Shown piece by piece: positions 47,705-57,622 of a stretch of 64,000 nt of DNA. The notes under the pieces were generated by a model. That model made no database searches. It had not been told where the DNA came from and saw nothing but the letters and a program-made list of their open reading frames with translations. How positions within the stretch are numbered: position 1 is the first letter of the stretch; every line of letters begins with the position of its first letter. The position numbers were made by a program, and so were the translations under genes. The DNA is from an uncultured Actinomycetes bacterium (lineage in GTDB: Bacteria; Actinomycetota; Acidimicrobiia; Acidimicrobiales; CAVTQP01): NCBI GenBank assembly GCA_963736925.1, contig CAVTQP010000001.1:134159-198158 (forward strand), given 5' to 3'.

Positions 47705-48366
47705 CAGAGACGAGGAGGGCATTTCACGAGGAGCTCGCCGAGGTGAGCACCGACGTGATTCGACTGGGTGCCATGGTTTTGGAGGCCATACAGGCCTCGA
47801 CCGCAGCCCTGTTGAACACCGACCTCGAAGCTGTGGAGGCCGTCATCGAGAGCGGCGTCCACCCAGACCTTCTCAACAAGGCCATCGAAGACCGCTGCTA
47901 CCAGTTGCTGGCCCGCCAGCAACCCATGGCGATCGATCTACGGACGATCGTGGCCGTCCTCCGGGTCAATCACGAACTGGAGCTGACGGCCCATCTCATG
48001 ATCAGCATCGCCAAGGCCGCGAGACGCCTCTACCCCAACCAGCTGGAGCCCCGTCTCCGAGGGATCATCGACAGGATGCGGGAGCAGGCCAGCGAGGAGC
48101 TCCGCCTCGCCATGGACGCCTTCGCCGACCAGGACCAGGCCAAGGCATCCGCGTTGGTCGACATGGACGACGCGATGGGAGAGCTCCAACAGGTCTTGTT
48201 TCGGGCCATCTTCGCGGTGAGCAGCTTCGACGACTCCGGTATTCAGAGGGCCGTCCAGATCGCCCTGGTAGCCCGCTACTTCGAGCGGGCCGCCGATCAT
48301 GCCGTCAACATCGGGGAACGAGTGTTCTACATGCTGACAGGGACGCTTCCGTCCTCCACCGGCTGA
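47701..48366 (+). CDS. phoU: phosphate signalling complex protein PhoU
   Basis: An ATGA junction overlaps the regX3 stop. The ORF is 221 aa with two PhoU repeats (E..D....A-type helices and ARYFERAADHAVNIGE). Confidence 0.9.
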   Translation: MTETRRAFHEELAEVSTDVIRLGAMVLEAIQASTAALLNTDLEAVEAVIESGVHPDLLNKAIEDRCYQLLARQQPMAIDLRTIVAVLRVNHELELTAHLMISIAKAARRLYPNQLEPRLRGIIDRMREQASEELRLAMDAFADQDQAKASALVDMDDAMGELQQVLFRAIFAVSSFDDSGIQRAVQIALVARYFERAADHAVNIGERVFYMLTGTLPSSTG

Positions 48367-48415
48367 ACAACGACTCTGCCAGCCTTCAAGCGACGCTGGC
48401 TTAGGCTCGGCCACC

Positions 48416-48853
48416 GTGGACCAGGCGCGCCTCGATCGGATTCTGTCCGTGGTGCGAAAAGAGTCTGGGCGGCTGACGACCGCTCGCCGGGCGGTCGTGA
48501 CCGCCCTTGTAGAGGGTCGGGGCCATCTGACCGCCGAGGACCTCACAGGTCTGGTTCGCCGGGACCATCCAGACGTGCACCGGTCCACCGTCTACCGAAC
48601 CCTCGACTCCCTCGAGGCGATTGGGCTCGTCGACCATGTCCATCTGGGCCACGGCCGTGCCATCTATCACCTGACGGACGAACCTCACCAGCACCTGGTG
48701 TGTGAGTCCTGCGGTGCCGTCGTCGAGGTACCGGATTCGGTGTTCGAAGGTCTGGGGACCGACCTACGCCGATGGTACGGGTTCAGGATTCGACCCAACC
48801 ACTTCGCGGTGCTCGGACGTTGCGAGCTGTGTGACACGTCAGCCGGCCATTAG
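48416..48853 (+). CDS. Fur-family metalloregulator
   Basis: It has RLTTARRAVVTALVE, HRSTVYRTLDSLEAIGLV, the CxxC motif LVCESCG and a C-terminal CELC. Confidence 0.85.
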   Translation: MDQARLDRILSVVRKESGRLTTARRAVVTALVEGRGHLTAEDLTGLVRRDHPDVHRSTVYRTLDSLEAIGLVDHVHLGHGRAIYHLTDEPHQHLVCESCGAVVEVPDSVFEGLGTDLRRWYGFRIRPNHFAVLGRCELCDTSAGH

Positions 48854-48858
48854 CGTCG

Positions 48859-49798
48859 GTGTCAGCACCATGGGACCGATGCAGAGCCGTGCCCGCGATT
48901 GAGGTTGGCGAACTCGTGGTTCGCTACGGACAGCAAACAGCGGTGAATGGTCTTTCGTTCACGGCTGAAGCGGGTCAGGTGACAGCGCTTCTCGGACCCA
49001 ACGGTGCCGGCAAGACGACGACCGTCGAGACGCTCGAAGGCTACCGGCGTCCCGACTCGGGCCGGGTGAGCGTGCTGGGCCTGGATCCGGTGAACCAGCA
49101 CGGGGCCCTTGTCGGGCAGATCGGCGTGATGCTCCAGTCGGGTGGGATCTACCCGAGCATGCGCCGCGGCGGAGGCTCTCAGGCTCTTCTCCAGCTACTA
49201 CCCGAGTCCACGCGGCTGGAAGGAGCTTCTCGACCGGGTAGGCCTTGGCGAGGTGGCCTCCGCCCCCTGGAGGGAGCTCTCGGGCGGCGAGAGGCAACGC
49301 CTGTCGCTCGCGCTGGCCTTGGTCGGCAAACCCAGGATCGCCTTCCTGGACGAACCGACCTCGGGAGTGGATCCGGCCGGACGCTTGGTCATCCGCAGGG
49401 TCGTCGCCGAGTTGAGCGAGGCGGGGGTGTGCGTCCTGCTCACCACCCACGAGCTCGAGGAGGCCGAACGAGTCGCGGACCGGGTGGTGATCATCGACCG
49501 TGGAAGAGTGGTAGCCGCAGGAAGCCCGTCGGAGCTGATGGCTTCGGGGAGCGGCAGGGAGATCCTCTTCGGGGCCCCCCGAGGGCTTGCGATCGAGGAG
49601 CTCTCAACAGCCCTCGGTGCCCCGGTACGGGAAGACGAGCCCGGCGAGTATCGGGTGGAGGCAGCGGCCACGCCCGCAATGGTGGCGGCTCTGACTGCGT
49701 GGTTGGCCGAGCACGACCTGCCACTCGCCGATCTCAGGGCAGGACGCCACACCCTGGAGGACGTGTTCCTACGACTCACCGGCAGTACGGGCTCCTGA
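48859..49798 (+). CDS. ABC transporter ATP-binding protein (1-nt frameshift near 49164)
   Basis: The Walker A motif GPNGAGKTT is in frame 1. The signature LSGGERQRL and the Walker B motif IAFLDEPTSG are in frame 2. The switch occurs at ..PSMR/AAEALRLF. Confidence 0.75.
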
Positions 49799-49799
49799 A

Positions 49800-50525
49800 A
49801 TGTCGGGAGCGCTGAAGGCCCAGGCGGGCGCCGAGGTGAGGATGACCCTTAGAAGGGGCGACTCCCTTTTGCTCACCCTCGGCATCCCGGTGGTCATCCT
49901 CGTCTTCTTCTCGCTGGTCCACGCCTTGCCGACAGGGACACAGGATCCGGTGTCATTTCTCAGCCCGGGGGTGCTCGCCCTGGCCGCAATGTCCACGGCG
50001 ATGGTCAGCCTCGGCATCGCGACGGGCTTCGAGCGGGGTTACGGCGTGCTGAAGAGGCTGGGCTCGACTCCCTTGGGACGGCCCAAGCTGCTCGGTGCCA
50101 AGGTGATCTCGATCCTGGTCGTGGAACTGATACAGGTCGCCGTCATCGTGCCGGTGGCCCTGGGCCTGGGTTGGCATCCCCACGGGAACGCCGCGTCGGG
50201 CATCGGGGCGCTTCTCCTGGCCACCGTGGCTTTCGCCGGCTTGGGACTGTTGATGGCGGGCACGCTTCGAGCCGACGTGACCCTCGCCGCGGCCAATGGC
50301 ATCTGGGTCGTGCTGCTGCTTCTGGGAGGCATGCTGTTCCCCCTCTCCAAGCTCCCCGGAGCCCTCGAGGGGTTGGCGAAGGCGCTCCCGGCCGCCGCTC
50401 TTTCCCAGGCTCTCGGGTCGGCGTTCACGTCGGGACGGCCCGTCCCCGGGCAGGCGTGGTTGGTGCTCGCCATCTGGGCGGTGGCCGCGCCGGCGGCGGC
50501 TGCCGTCAGCTTCCGTTGGGAGTGA
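49800..50525 (+). CDS. ABC-2 type transporter permease
   Basis: 241-aa ORF with about 6 TM helices. It immediately follows the ATPase gene. Confidence 0.8.
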   Translation: MSGALKAQAGAEVRMTLRRGDSLLLTLGIPVVILVFFSLVHALPTGTQDPVSFLSPGVLALAAMSTAMVSLGIATGFERGYGVLKRLGSTPLGRPKLLGAKVISILVVELIQVAVIVPVALGLGWHPHGNAASGIGALLLATVAFAGLGLLMAGTLRADVTLAAANGIWVVLLLLGGMLFPLSKLPGALEGLAKALPAAALSQALGSAFTSGRPVPGQAWLVLAIWAVAAPAAAAVSFRWE

Positions 50526-50625
50526 CACACGAGCCCGCAACCGGGCTCGGCTACCGGGCTCCTGCCCCGGAGGCGAGCCCCCGAGGCGACTGAAGGCCAG
50601 GGCGTTGCCCGCCAACGAGCTCGGG

Positions 50626-51129
50626 TCAGGTTCGCTCCAGGCGATGCACCCATGACTGAAGTTGGGGAGCGGTGACGGGTCCGTTCACGCGAGCAACCAC
50701 CTTTCCCTCACGGGTCAAGAACACGGTGGACGGCAACCCCACGAGGTGGAAGACGTCCCCTGACACCCTGTAGTCCGGGTCGACGCCAACGGGAAACGCG
50801 ACTTTGCTGGCCCCGACAAGGGACCTTGCAGAGCCCGGGTTGTCGCTGACGTCAACACCGACGAAGGCCACAGACCTGACGGCGGAACGAGCAACGTCTG
50901 CGATCGCGGGGAGCTCCTGGTGACAAGGCACGCACCAGGAGGCGAAGAACGTCAAGACGACAGGTCGGCCCTTGAAGTCCGAGAGCTGCACCTTTCCCCC
51001 CGCCGGTGCCAGGCGTGGGAGTGCCAAGTCAGAAGGCGGGTGCCCCGAGGACAGGTTGTTCGCCACGACCACGGCTACCACCGCGGCCAGGACCGCCCCG
51101 GCGGTGGCCAGAACCGCAGCGCGCAGCAT
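50626..51129 (-). CDS. TlpA/ResA-like thiol:disulfide oxidoreductase
   Basis: It has an N-terminal anchor and a thioredoxin fold with WCVPCHQE. It lies next to ctaB. Confidence 0.85.
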   Translation of the reverse strand: MLRAAVLATAGAVLAAVVAVVVANNLSSGHPPSDLALPRLAPAGGKVQLSDFKGRPVVLTFFASWCVPCHQELPAIADVARSAVRSVAFVGVDVSDNPGSARSLVGASKVAFPVGVDPDYRVSGDVFHLVGLPSTVFLTREGKVVARVNGPVTAPQLQSWVHRLERT

Positions 51130-51136
51130 GCGGCGG

Positions 51137-52057
51137 TCAGGTCCTGGGAACCAGCTGGTCCAAGGCCATCGCTAAGAACAGCAGGCTGAGGTAGGTGATC
51201 GAGTACCCGAACAGACGCATTGCCGCCTCGGCGCCGGGATGGCTGCGCAAACGGAGCGCGTAGGCGATGAAGACCGCTCCGAGTGCCAGAGCCGAGCCCA
51301 GGTAGACCAAGCCCATGTGAGCCGCCGGAGCGAGAGCCAGCGACACCGCCCATAGCGCCACGCTGTAGAGGAGGATCTGTCGAGCGGTCCTGGCAATCGA
51401 GGTCACGGCCGGGAGCATGGGGACCCCCGCCTTCGAGTACTCGTCCCTGTAGCGCACCGCCAGCGACCAGAAATGCGGGGGCGTCCAAACGAAGATGATG
51501 GCGAACATCACCAACGGGGCTAATCCAAGCGTGCCAGTCACGGCGGACCACCCGACCAGCACGGGGACAGCGCCCGCGGCTCCTCCGATCACGATGTTCT
51601 GAGTCGAGGTCCGCTTGAGCCAGAGGGTGTAGACGAAGACGTAGAAGAGTGTCGCCGCCACGGCGAGCGTAGCGCTCAGCAGGTTGACGAATGCCCACAG
51701 CTCGCCGAATGCCAAGACCTCCAGGCTGACCGCAAAGGCCAGCGCCCCACTTGGGCCAATCTCGCCGGTGACGAGGGGGCGGCGCGAGGTCCTCTTCATC
51801 AGTCGATCGATGTCGCGGTCCACATACATGTTGATCGCGTTCGCCCCGCCGGCGGCCATGGCACCGCCGACCAGGGTGGCGACTATCAACCCCGGGTCGG
51901 GGAACCCGCGCTTGGCCACGACCATGCTCGGCAGGGTGGTCACTAGCAAGAGCTCGACGATCCGCGGCTTGGTTAGGGCGAGGTAGGCCCTTGCTGTGGC
52001 CAGTCGGTGTCGGTGTCTGCGCTGTTCTTCCCGCTGGGCTGAGGCGAACGTCGCCAT
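51137..52057 (-). CDS. ctaB: protoheme IX farnesyltransferase (heme O synthase)
   Basis: It is a UbiA-family protein with [14 protein letters not shown] and [15 protein letters not shown]. Confidence 0.95.
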   Translation of the reverse strand: MATFASAQREEQRRHRHRLATARAYLALTKPRIVELLLVTTLPSMVVAKRGFPDPGLIVATLVGGAMAAGGANAINMYVDRDIDRLMKRTSRRPLVTGEIGPSGALAFAVSLEVLAFGELWAFVNLLSATLAVAATLFYVFVYTLWLKRTSTQNIVIGGAAGAVPVLVGWSAVTGTLGLAPLVMFAIIFVWTPPHFWSLAVRYRDEYSKAGVPMLPAVTSIARTARQILLYSVALWAVSLALAPAAHMGLVYLGSALALGAVFIAYALRLRSHPGAEAAMRLFGYSITYLSLLFLAMALDQLVPRT

Positions 52058-52246
52058 CGAAATCCGAGACTACGACCAAGCCGAGGTGGCGGACAAAGCG
52101 GCGCCGCACCCCGACCCGACCCGGCCGGCGCCGTGACCGATTAAGCCCCGACCACCCCCCGAGATCCCAGCCGGCTCCCTACCCAAGCTTCCAGACCGCT
52201 CCCGACCAAGAGGCCGCTTCGCCCCCCCACATCACCCCAAATAGCA

Positions 52247-53206
52247 TTGCCGTCGTTGGGAACGTTGCAGCTCCGATCGATTCGAGTGAGCCCGGTCGCC
52301 TTCCGGCGGCTGGCGCTGGTGTCTGTAGTCGCGTTGTCCGCCATCATCGTCACCGGAGGTGCGGTGCGACTGACCGACTCGGGACTCGGCTGTCCCGACT
52401 GGCCCACCTGCGCAAATCACCACATCGTGGCCGCCTGGCAGTACCACGCCGTGGTCGAGTTCACCAACCGGGTGTTCACCGTGGTCGTAAGCGTGGCGGT
52501 CGCGCTTGTGGTGCTCGGTGCGCTGGTTCGCGTGCCACGACGCCGCGACCTGGTCGGGTTGTCGCTGGGCCTGGTCCTGGGGATGGTCGCCCAGATCGTG
52601 CTCGGCGGTCTCGTGGTGCTGTTCAAGCTTTCCCCCGCGCTGGTGATGTGCCATTTCATGCTCTCGCTGGCAGTTCTTTGGAACTCCTTAGTGCTCTACC
52701 GGCGCGCCGACCAAGTGGCCCTTCCCCCGGTACCTACCGTGGGCCGCGACCTGATCTGGCTGGGCCGACTCGTCTTCGGCACGGTCGCTGCGGTCATAGC
52801 TCTCGGCACGGCGGTGACCGGCAGCGGGCCCCACAGCGGCGGGACGGACGCCTCGAGGCTGCCGATCCCGTTCCACAGCATGGCCGAGCTCCACGCCAGC
52901 GTGGTCATGCTGCTCATCGGAATCACGCTCGCCACGCTCTTCGGCCTCCATCAAGCCCGGGCGCCGGTAGCGGTCCAGCGGCGGGCACGGGTGGTCTTCG
53001 GGGTGATGCTGGCCCAGGGAGCAATCGGGTACACGCAGTACTTCACGCGTGTGCCGGTCCTTCTCGTGGGATTTCACATTGCCGGGGCGACCCTACTTTG
53101 GATTGCAACGGTGTGGTTCTACTTGGGTCTCTTCAGTCGGTACCAGGTCGGCGAAGCCCCCTCACCGGCCGACGTGGAAGCAGTAAGGACCCTCGAGAGG
53201 GTCTGA
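52247..53206 (+). CDS. ctaA: heme A synthase (COX15/CtaA)
   Basis: It has [19 protein letters not shown] and polytopic helices with conserved His residues. It is divergent from ctaB. Confidence 0.9.
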   Translation: MPSLGTLQLRSIRVSPVAFRRLALVSVVALSAIIVTGGAVRLTDSGLGCPDWPTCANHHIVAAWQYHAVVEFTNRVFTVVVSVAVALVVLGALVRVPRRRDLVGLSLGLVLGMVAQIVLGGLVVLFKLSPALVMCHFMLSLAVLWNSLVLYRRADQVALPPVPTVGRDLIWLGRLVFGTVAAVIALGTAVTGSGPHSGGTDASRLPIPFHSMAELHASVVMLLIGITLATLFGLHQARAPVAVQRRARVVFGVMLAQGAIGYTQYFTRVPVLLVGFHIAGATLLWIATVWFYLGLFSRYQVGEAPSPADVEAVRTLERV

Positions 53207-53253
53207 GGCAGCGACTGTCCGCACCCCGTCTCGGAAGCGGGCACAATCGGTAC

Positions 53254-53565
53254 ATGACCACGACCACCCCCTCGCCGACGGAGGCGCCGAGCAGGCTCGA
53301 CGAACCGGGAGGGGCCGAGCTCGTAACACCCGACCGCCCTTGGATCGTGATCGTCTGGAACGACCCCATCAACCTGATGTCGTATGTGACCTACGTGTTC
53401 CAGAAGCTGTTCGGCTACAGCCGGGAGAAGGCCACCAAGCTCATGCTGGACGTCCATCACAAAGGCCGGGCCGTGGTATCAAGCGGCAGCCGGGAGCGGG
53501 TGGAGATGGACGTGTTCCGCCTGCACGCCCACGGCCTTTGGGCAACCATGGAACACGACCGGTGA
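53254..53565 (+). CDS. clpS: ATP-dependent Clp protease adaptor ClpS
   Basis: It reads [46 protein letters not shown]. The start is ATG 53254; the long upstream extension of the ORF is rejected. Confidence 0.95.
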   Translation: MTTTTPSPTEAPSRLDEPGGAELVTPDRPWIVIVWNDPINLMSYVTYVFQKLFGYSREKATKLMLDVHHKGRAVVSSGSRERVEMDVFRLHAHGLWATMEHDR

Positions 53566-53584
53566 GCATTCAAAGGAGATACCG

Positions 53585-54037
53585 GTGAGCAAGCGGGTCC
53601 GCCGCACCCGCAGGGGAACGCTCCGGTTGCACCTCCCCTCAGAAGAGCGGCTCCTGCTGCAAAGCCTCCCCTCCCAGGTGCTGGAGCTCTTGGAGACGGC
53701 GGATCCGGTAGCCCATCGCATCTTCCCTCCTGCATACGAGCAACAGCCGGAGCTCGAAACCGAGTACCGGGACCTGATGCACGACGAGCTGTTGGAGCAG
53801 CATCGCCGCGCCCTGTCCACCTTGGAGCAAACCGCGAACGCCGACGAGTTGAACGAGGAAGAAGCGGGTGCCTGGCTCGGAGCCCTCAACGACATGCGGC
53901 TCGTGCTGGGAACCCGCCTGGACGTGACCGAGGAGATGGAGCCCCTTCCCGACGATCACCCCGACGCCCCGGTCATGGCCATCTACACCTACCTGAGCTA
54001 TTTGGAGGAACAGGTGGTGGAAGCTCTGGGGCCATGA
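53585..54037 (+). CDS. DUF2017-like protein (conserved ClpS neighbour)
   Basis: 150-aa acidic ORF directly after clpS. The family assignment is recalled from memory. Confidence 0.6.
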   Translation: MSKRVRRTRRGTLRLHLPSEERLLLQSLPSQVLELLETADPVAHRIFPPAYEQQPELETEYRDLMHDELLEQHRRALSTLEQTANADELNEEEAGAWLGALNDMRLVLGTRLDVTEEMEPLPDDHPDAPVMAIYTYLSYLEEQVVEALGP

Positions 54038-55356
54038 GTCCTCGAATCCTGGCCATCATGGGATCGGGTGAAACCAGCCCGACAATGGCCAAGACTCATC
54101 GACAGCTGCTGTCGCGTCTGGGCGAACCGCCGGTGCCGGCCGTACTCTTGGACACCGCCTTCGGCTTCCAGGAGAACGCCGGCGAGATCTCGTCGAAGGC
54201 CGTCAGGTACTTCGCCGAGAGCGTTGGGGCCGGCTTGGAGGTGGCCAGCTTTCGATCGGCGTCAGCCCAACACGACCCTTTGGAGCGGGAGCTCGCTCTG
54301 GGACGGATCAGAGCGGCCCGGTACGTCTTCGCGGGGCCAGGCAGCCCCTCCTACGCCCTGCGGCAGTGGGAAGGCACCGCGATCCCACAACTTCTCGCCG
54401 AGAAGCTGCGTTCGGGTGGGGCAATCTGCTTTGCGAGCGCCGCCGCGCTGACCCTGGGCACGGTCACCGTACCGGTTTACGAGGTGTACAAGGTCGGCGA
54501 GGACCCTCACTGGCTAAAAGGGCTGGATCTCATGTCACAGACCGGTCTGGAGGTCGCGGTCATCCCTCATTTCAACAACTCGGAGGGAGGGACGCACGAC
54601 ACACGCTTTTGCTATCTGGGGGAGCGGAGGCTGGCGGTGCTGGAGAAGAGCCTCCCTGAAGGGAACTTCGTGCTCGGTGTCGACGAGCACACCGCCTGCA
54701 TATTCGACCTCGACGAGAAGTCCGTGTCGGTCGTGGGGCACGGGGCTGTGACGGTGCGCTCAGGAGGGGTCTCCGCACCAATTACCGCAGGTACCACACT
54801 CGAGATCGAAGAGCTGGGGCGGCGGGCTGCGGACGCCGTCCGTGGGAGCGGGACGCCCTGGCGGGCCCCCCCGCCGGACCGGTCCGACGCCGAGGCTTCG
54901 GGCGCCCACACCGCGTCGAGCCAGACGGTCTTCGCCCACACGAGTCCGTTGCTCACCGCCATTCACTCGCACCGAGACTCTTTCGAGCGCGCCCTCGAGC
55001 GCCACGACGCGTCCGGTGCCGCTCGCTCGATACTCGAGTTGGACGACGAGCTCGCGGCCTGGTCAGCCGACACATTGCAATCGGACGAGCTGGACCAGGG
55101 CAGAGCCGCGTTGAGATCCATGATCGCGAGGCTCGGCGAGCTGGCACAGGACGGCTTGCGTGACCCGCGGGATGTCCTGGGCGGTTTCGTGGACGCGTTG
55201 CTCGAGACAAGGTCCCGGGCCCGACAAGCCCGAAGGTGGGACGAGGCGGACTTGATCAGAGACGGCTTGACGTCGCTCGGAGTGGAGGTCAGGGACACCA
55301 CGGACGGCACGGAATGGGTTGTCGGCCCCAAGGGTGGGCGAATAAGGGCCTGCTAG
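54034..55356 (+). CDS. hypothetical two-part protein (S51/cyanophycinase-like N-terminal region plus CysRS-C-terminus-like tail)
   Basis: 440-aa ORF. The N-terminus is ILAIMGSGETSPTM...VFAGPGSPSYAL. The C-terminus RWDEADLIRDGLTSLGVEVRDTTDGTEWV resembles the C-terminal end of cysteinyl-tRNA synthetases. Confidence 0.4.
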   Translation: MSPRILAIMGSGETSPTMAKTHRQLLSRLGEPPVPAVLLDTAFGFQENAGEISSKAVRYFAESVGAGLEVASFRSASAQHDPLERELALGRIRAARYVFAGPGSPSYALRQWEGTAIPQLLAEKLRSGGAICFASAAALTLGTVTVPVYEVYKVGEDPHWLKGLDLMSQTGLEVAVIPHFNNSEGGTHDTRFCYLGERRLAVLEKSLPEGNFVLGVDEHTACIFDLDEKSVSVVGHGAVTVRSGGVSAPITAGTTLEIEELGRRAADAVRGSGTPWRAPPPDRSDAEASGAHTASSQTVFAHTSPLLTAIHSHRDSFERALERHDASGAARSILELDDELAAWSADTLQSDELDQGRAALRSMIARLGELAQDGLRDPRDVLGGFVDALLETRSRARQARRWDEADLIRDGLTSLGVEVRDTTDGTEWVVGPKGGRIRAC

Positions 55357-55381
55357 GCTCCGTTAGCCCCTCCTGGGACGA

Positions 55382-55454
55382 GCCCCCATCGTCTAGTGGC
55401 CGAGGACGCCGCCCTTTCAAGGCGGTAACACGGGTTCGAATCCCGTTGGGGGTG
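55382..55454 (+). tRNA. tRNA-Glu (anticodon TTC)
   Basis: Hand-folded. The acceptor starts GCCCCCA, the anticodon loop is CTTTCAA and the T arm is ACGGG-TTCGAAT-CCCGT. Confidence 0.9.
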
Positions 55455-55471
55455 CGATCCTGGGCCACCAG

Positions 55472-55546
55472 GGACCTGTGGTGCAGTCTGGAGTGCACGC
55501 CGGCCTGTCAAGCCGGAGGTCGCGGGTTCAAATCCCGTCAGGTCCG
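55472..55546 (+). tRNA. tRNA-Asp (anticodon GTC)
   Basis: Hand-folded. The acceptor is GGACCTG/CAGGTCC, the anticodon stem-loop is CCGGC-CTGTCAA-GCCGG and the T loop is TTCAAAT. Confidence 0.9.
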
Positions 55547-55547
55547 C

Positions 55548-55620
55548 GGTCGGGTAGCTCAGTTGGAAGAGCGCGCGCCTGAAAAGCGTGAGGTCACCGG
55601 ATCGAAACCGGTCCCGACCA
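55548..55620 (+). tRNA. tRNA-Phe (anticodon GAA)
   Basis: Hand-folded. The acceptor is GGTCGGG/CCCGACC, the anticodon loop is CTGAAAA and the T loop is ATCGAAA. It lies 1 nt after tRNA-Asp. Confidence 0.9.
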
Positions 55621-55667
55621 CCGGTCAAGCCACAGGGGGCGAGAGTGCCGGCGGCACCCGCGCCAGC

Positions 55668-57086
55668 TCAGTGCTGGACCCGTTCGCGATCACGGATCAC
55701 GCCCTCGTTTCGGGCCGCTTGTACGACCGCGGCGGCCACGGAGGGCACGATCGACCTGTTGAATACCGAGGGGACTATGTAGCTGGGCGAAAGCTCGTCG
55801 TCTGTCACAGTCGACGATATGGCCTCGGCGGCGGCCAGCTTCATGGATTCTGTGATCGCGGTCGCTCCGGCATCCAGCGCCCCCCTGAAGATCCCGGGAA
55901 AGCAGAGCACGTTGTTGATCTGGTTCGGGTAGTCGCTGCGGCCCGTGGCCACGACCGATGCGATGTCGGCAGCCTCCTCTGGATCCACCTCAGGCGTGGG
56001 GTTGGCCAGGGCGAAGACCACGGGGTCGGGGGCCATCGCCTTCAGGTCGTCCCTTGTGATCAGGCCGGGCCCGCTCACCCCTATCAGGACATCGGAGCCT
56101 GCCAGCACCTCGGAGACCTTGCCCTGGCGACGCTCCGGGTTGGTGTGCTCACCCATCCAGATCTTGGAGGCATCGACGTCTTGGCGTCCTGCGTAGATGG
56201 CGCCCCTGCGGTCCACCGCCACGATGTTGGAAACCCCAGCCTCGCTCAGGATTCTGGCCACCGCCACACCGGCCGCGCCCGCGCCCACGATCACGACGGT
56301 GACCCCCGAGATCTTCTTGCCTGCGACCTTCAAGGCATTCCGGAGGGCTGCCAGGACCACCACGGCGGTCCCGTGCTGGTCGTCGTGAAAGACGGGTATG
56401 TCGAGTGATTCCTTGAGTCGTTCCTCGACCTCGAAGCACCGGGGTGCGGCCACGTCTTCCAGGTTGATGCCCCCGAAAGCCGGCTCAAGGCACGCCGTCG
56501 CATCGACCAGCTGGTCTGAGGACGACACGTTCAAGCAGATGGGAAAGGCGTCGATTCCGGCGAACTCCTTGAACAGCATCGCCTTGCCCTCCATCACCGG
56601 CATCGCGGCATAGGGCCCGATGTCGCCGAGCCCGAGTACCGCGGTGCCGTCGGTGACGACAGCCACCGAGTTCGCCTTGATGGTGTAGTTGTGCACCTCC
56701 GTCGGCTCCTCGGCGATGGCCATGCTGACGCGGGCCACCCCCGGGGTGTACGCCATCGACAGGTCGTCCCGGGTCGACAGGGGAGCCTTGGAAGCGATCT
56801 CGATCTTCCCAGCCAGATGCATCCGGAATGTCCGGTCGTAAAGGCTCAACACCCTCACCCGGTCGAGAGTCTCGATCGATTTGCGAATCCGGCTGACGTG
56901 CTCCTCGTCGGCGGCGAGAACGGTGATGTCTCGAACGATCAGGTGGTCATACGAATCGACGATGTCCAGGCCCAGAATGTTCCCCCCGGCCTCGCCTATC
57001 GCGGTGGTCAGACGGCCGAGCTTTCCGGGATGGTTCTCCAGCTCGACGCGGATAGAGACCGAGTAGGAAACATTAGGAGCCGCCAT
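55668..57086 (-). CDS. NAD(P)-dependent malic enzyme with N-terminal ACT domain
   Basis: The ORF is 472 aa and starts with an N-terminal ACT-like domain. Downstream are SMAYTPGVA, VVTDGTAVLGLGDIG, FGGINLEDV and the Rossmann motif VIVGAGAAGVA. Confidence 0.9.
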   Translation of the reverse strand: MAAPNVSYSVSIRVELENHPGKLGRLTTAIGEAGGNILGLDIVDSYDHLIVRDITVLAADEEHVSRIRKSIETLDRVRVLSLYDRTFRMHLAGKIEIASKAPLSTRDDLSMAYTPGVARVSMAIAEEPTEVHNYTIKANSVAVVTDGTAVLGLGDIGPYAAMPVMEGKAMLFKEFAGIDAFPICLNVSSSDQLVDATACLEPAFGGINLEDVAAPRCFEVEERLKESLDIPVFHDDQHGTAVVVLAALRNALKVAGKKISGVTVVIVGAGAAGVAVARILSEAGVSNIVAVDRRGAIYAGRQDVDASKIWMGEHTNPERRQGKVSEVLAGSDVLIGVSGPGLITRDDLKAMAPDPVVFALANPTPEVDPEEAADIASVVATGRSDYPNQINNVLCFPGIFRGALDAGATAITESMKLAAAEAISSTVTDDELSPSYIVPSVFNRSIVPSVAAAVVQAARNEGVIRDRERVQH

Positions 57087-57179
57087 GCAGGGCGAACGCT
57101 ACACCGGCCGGTCTAAGAGCTGCTAGAGGACTCTCGATCCCAGGTCCGAGCTCCTACACCCGGCAGACGCGGTCACCTT

Positions 57180-57374
57180 TCAGGTCGCCGCCTCCTTGCG
57201 CTCCAAGCACAGGCGTACCTCTTCGGCCCGAAAACGACGGTGCCCCCCCAATGTCCTGAGCGCGTTGAGCTTGCCGGCCCTGGCCCACCTGGTCACCGTC
57301 TTAGGGTTCACGCGAAACATCGCAGCCACCTCTGATGGGGTGAGCAGCGCGTCGGGCGGGATCTCGAATGCCAT
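57180..57374 (-). CDS. bldC: BldC-like MerR/excisionase-family small DNA-binding protein
   Basis: LLTPSEVAAMFRVNPKTVTRWARAGKLNALRTLGGHRRFRAEEV is near-identical in pattern to Streptomyces BldC. Confidence 0.85.
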   Translation of the reverse strand: MAFEIPPDALLTPSEVAAMFRVNPKTVTRWARAGKLNALRTLGGHRRFRAEEVRLCLERKEAAT

Positions 57375-57622
57375 TGCGTTCCTCCCAGGGAACGTCCGCT
57401 CCTACCCGGACGTCAGATTGCTGCAGGGAAGGTACGACTCAAGCTCGTGGATAGCGATAGCCCCTGTGAGCCATCCTCACAGTTCCAAGTAGCTATCACA
57501 CCCGCCTGCGCGTCGCGACCAAACACGCTTCGTGGCGAATGCATCGACCGCTATGTCAGGAAAGTGAATTGCTGATCGACGCGTTACGCCGTTGCCTGCG
57601 GACCGGACAAGTTTCTCAGGTC

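Noticed and set aside
51991-53253. Upstream 421 codons of the 524-aa ORF that ends as ClpS
   Set aside because: It overlaps ctaA in another frame, and its composition is non-protein-like. ClpS begins at ATG 53254.
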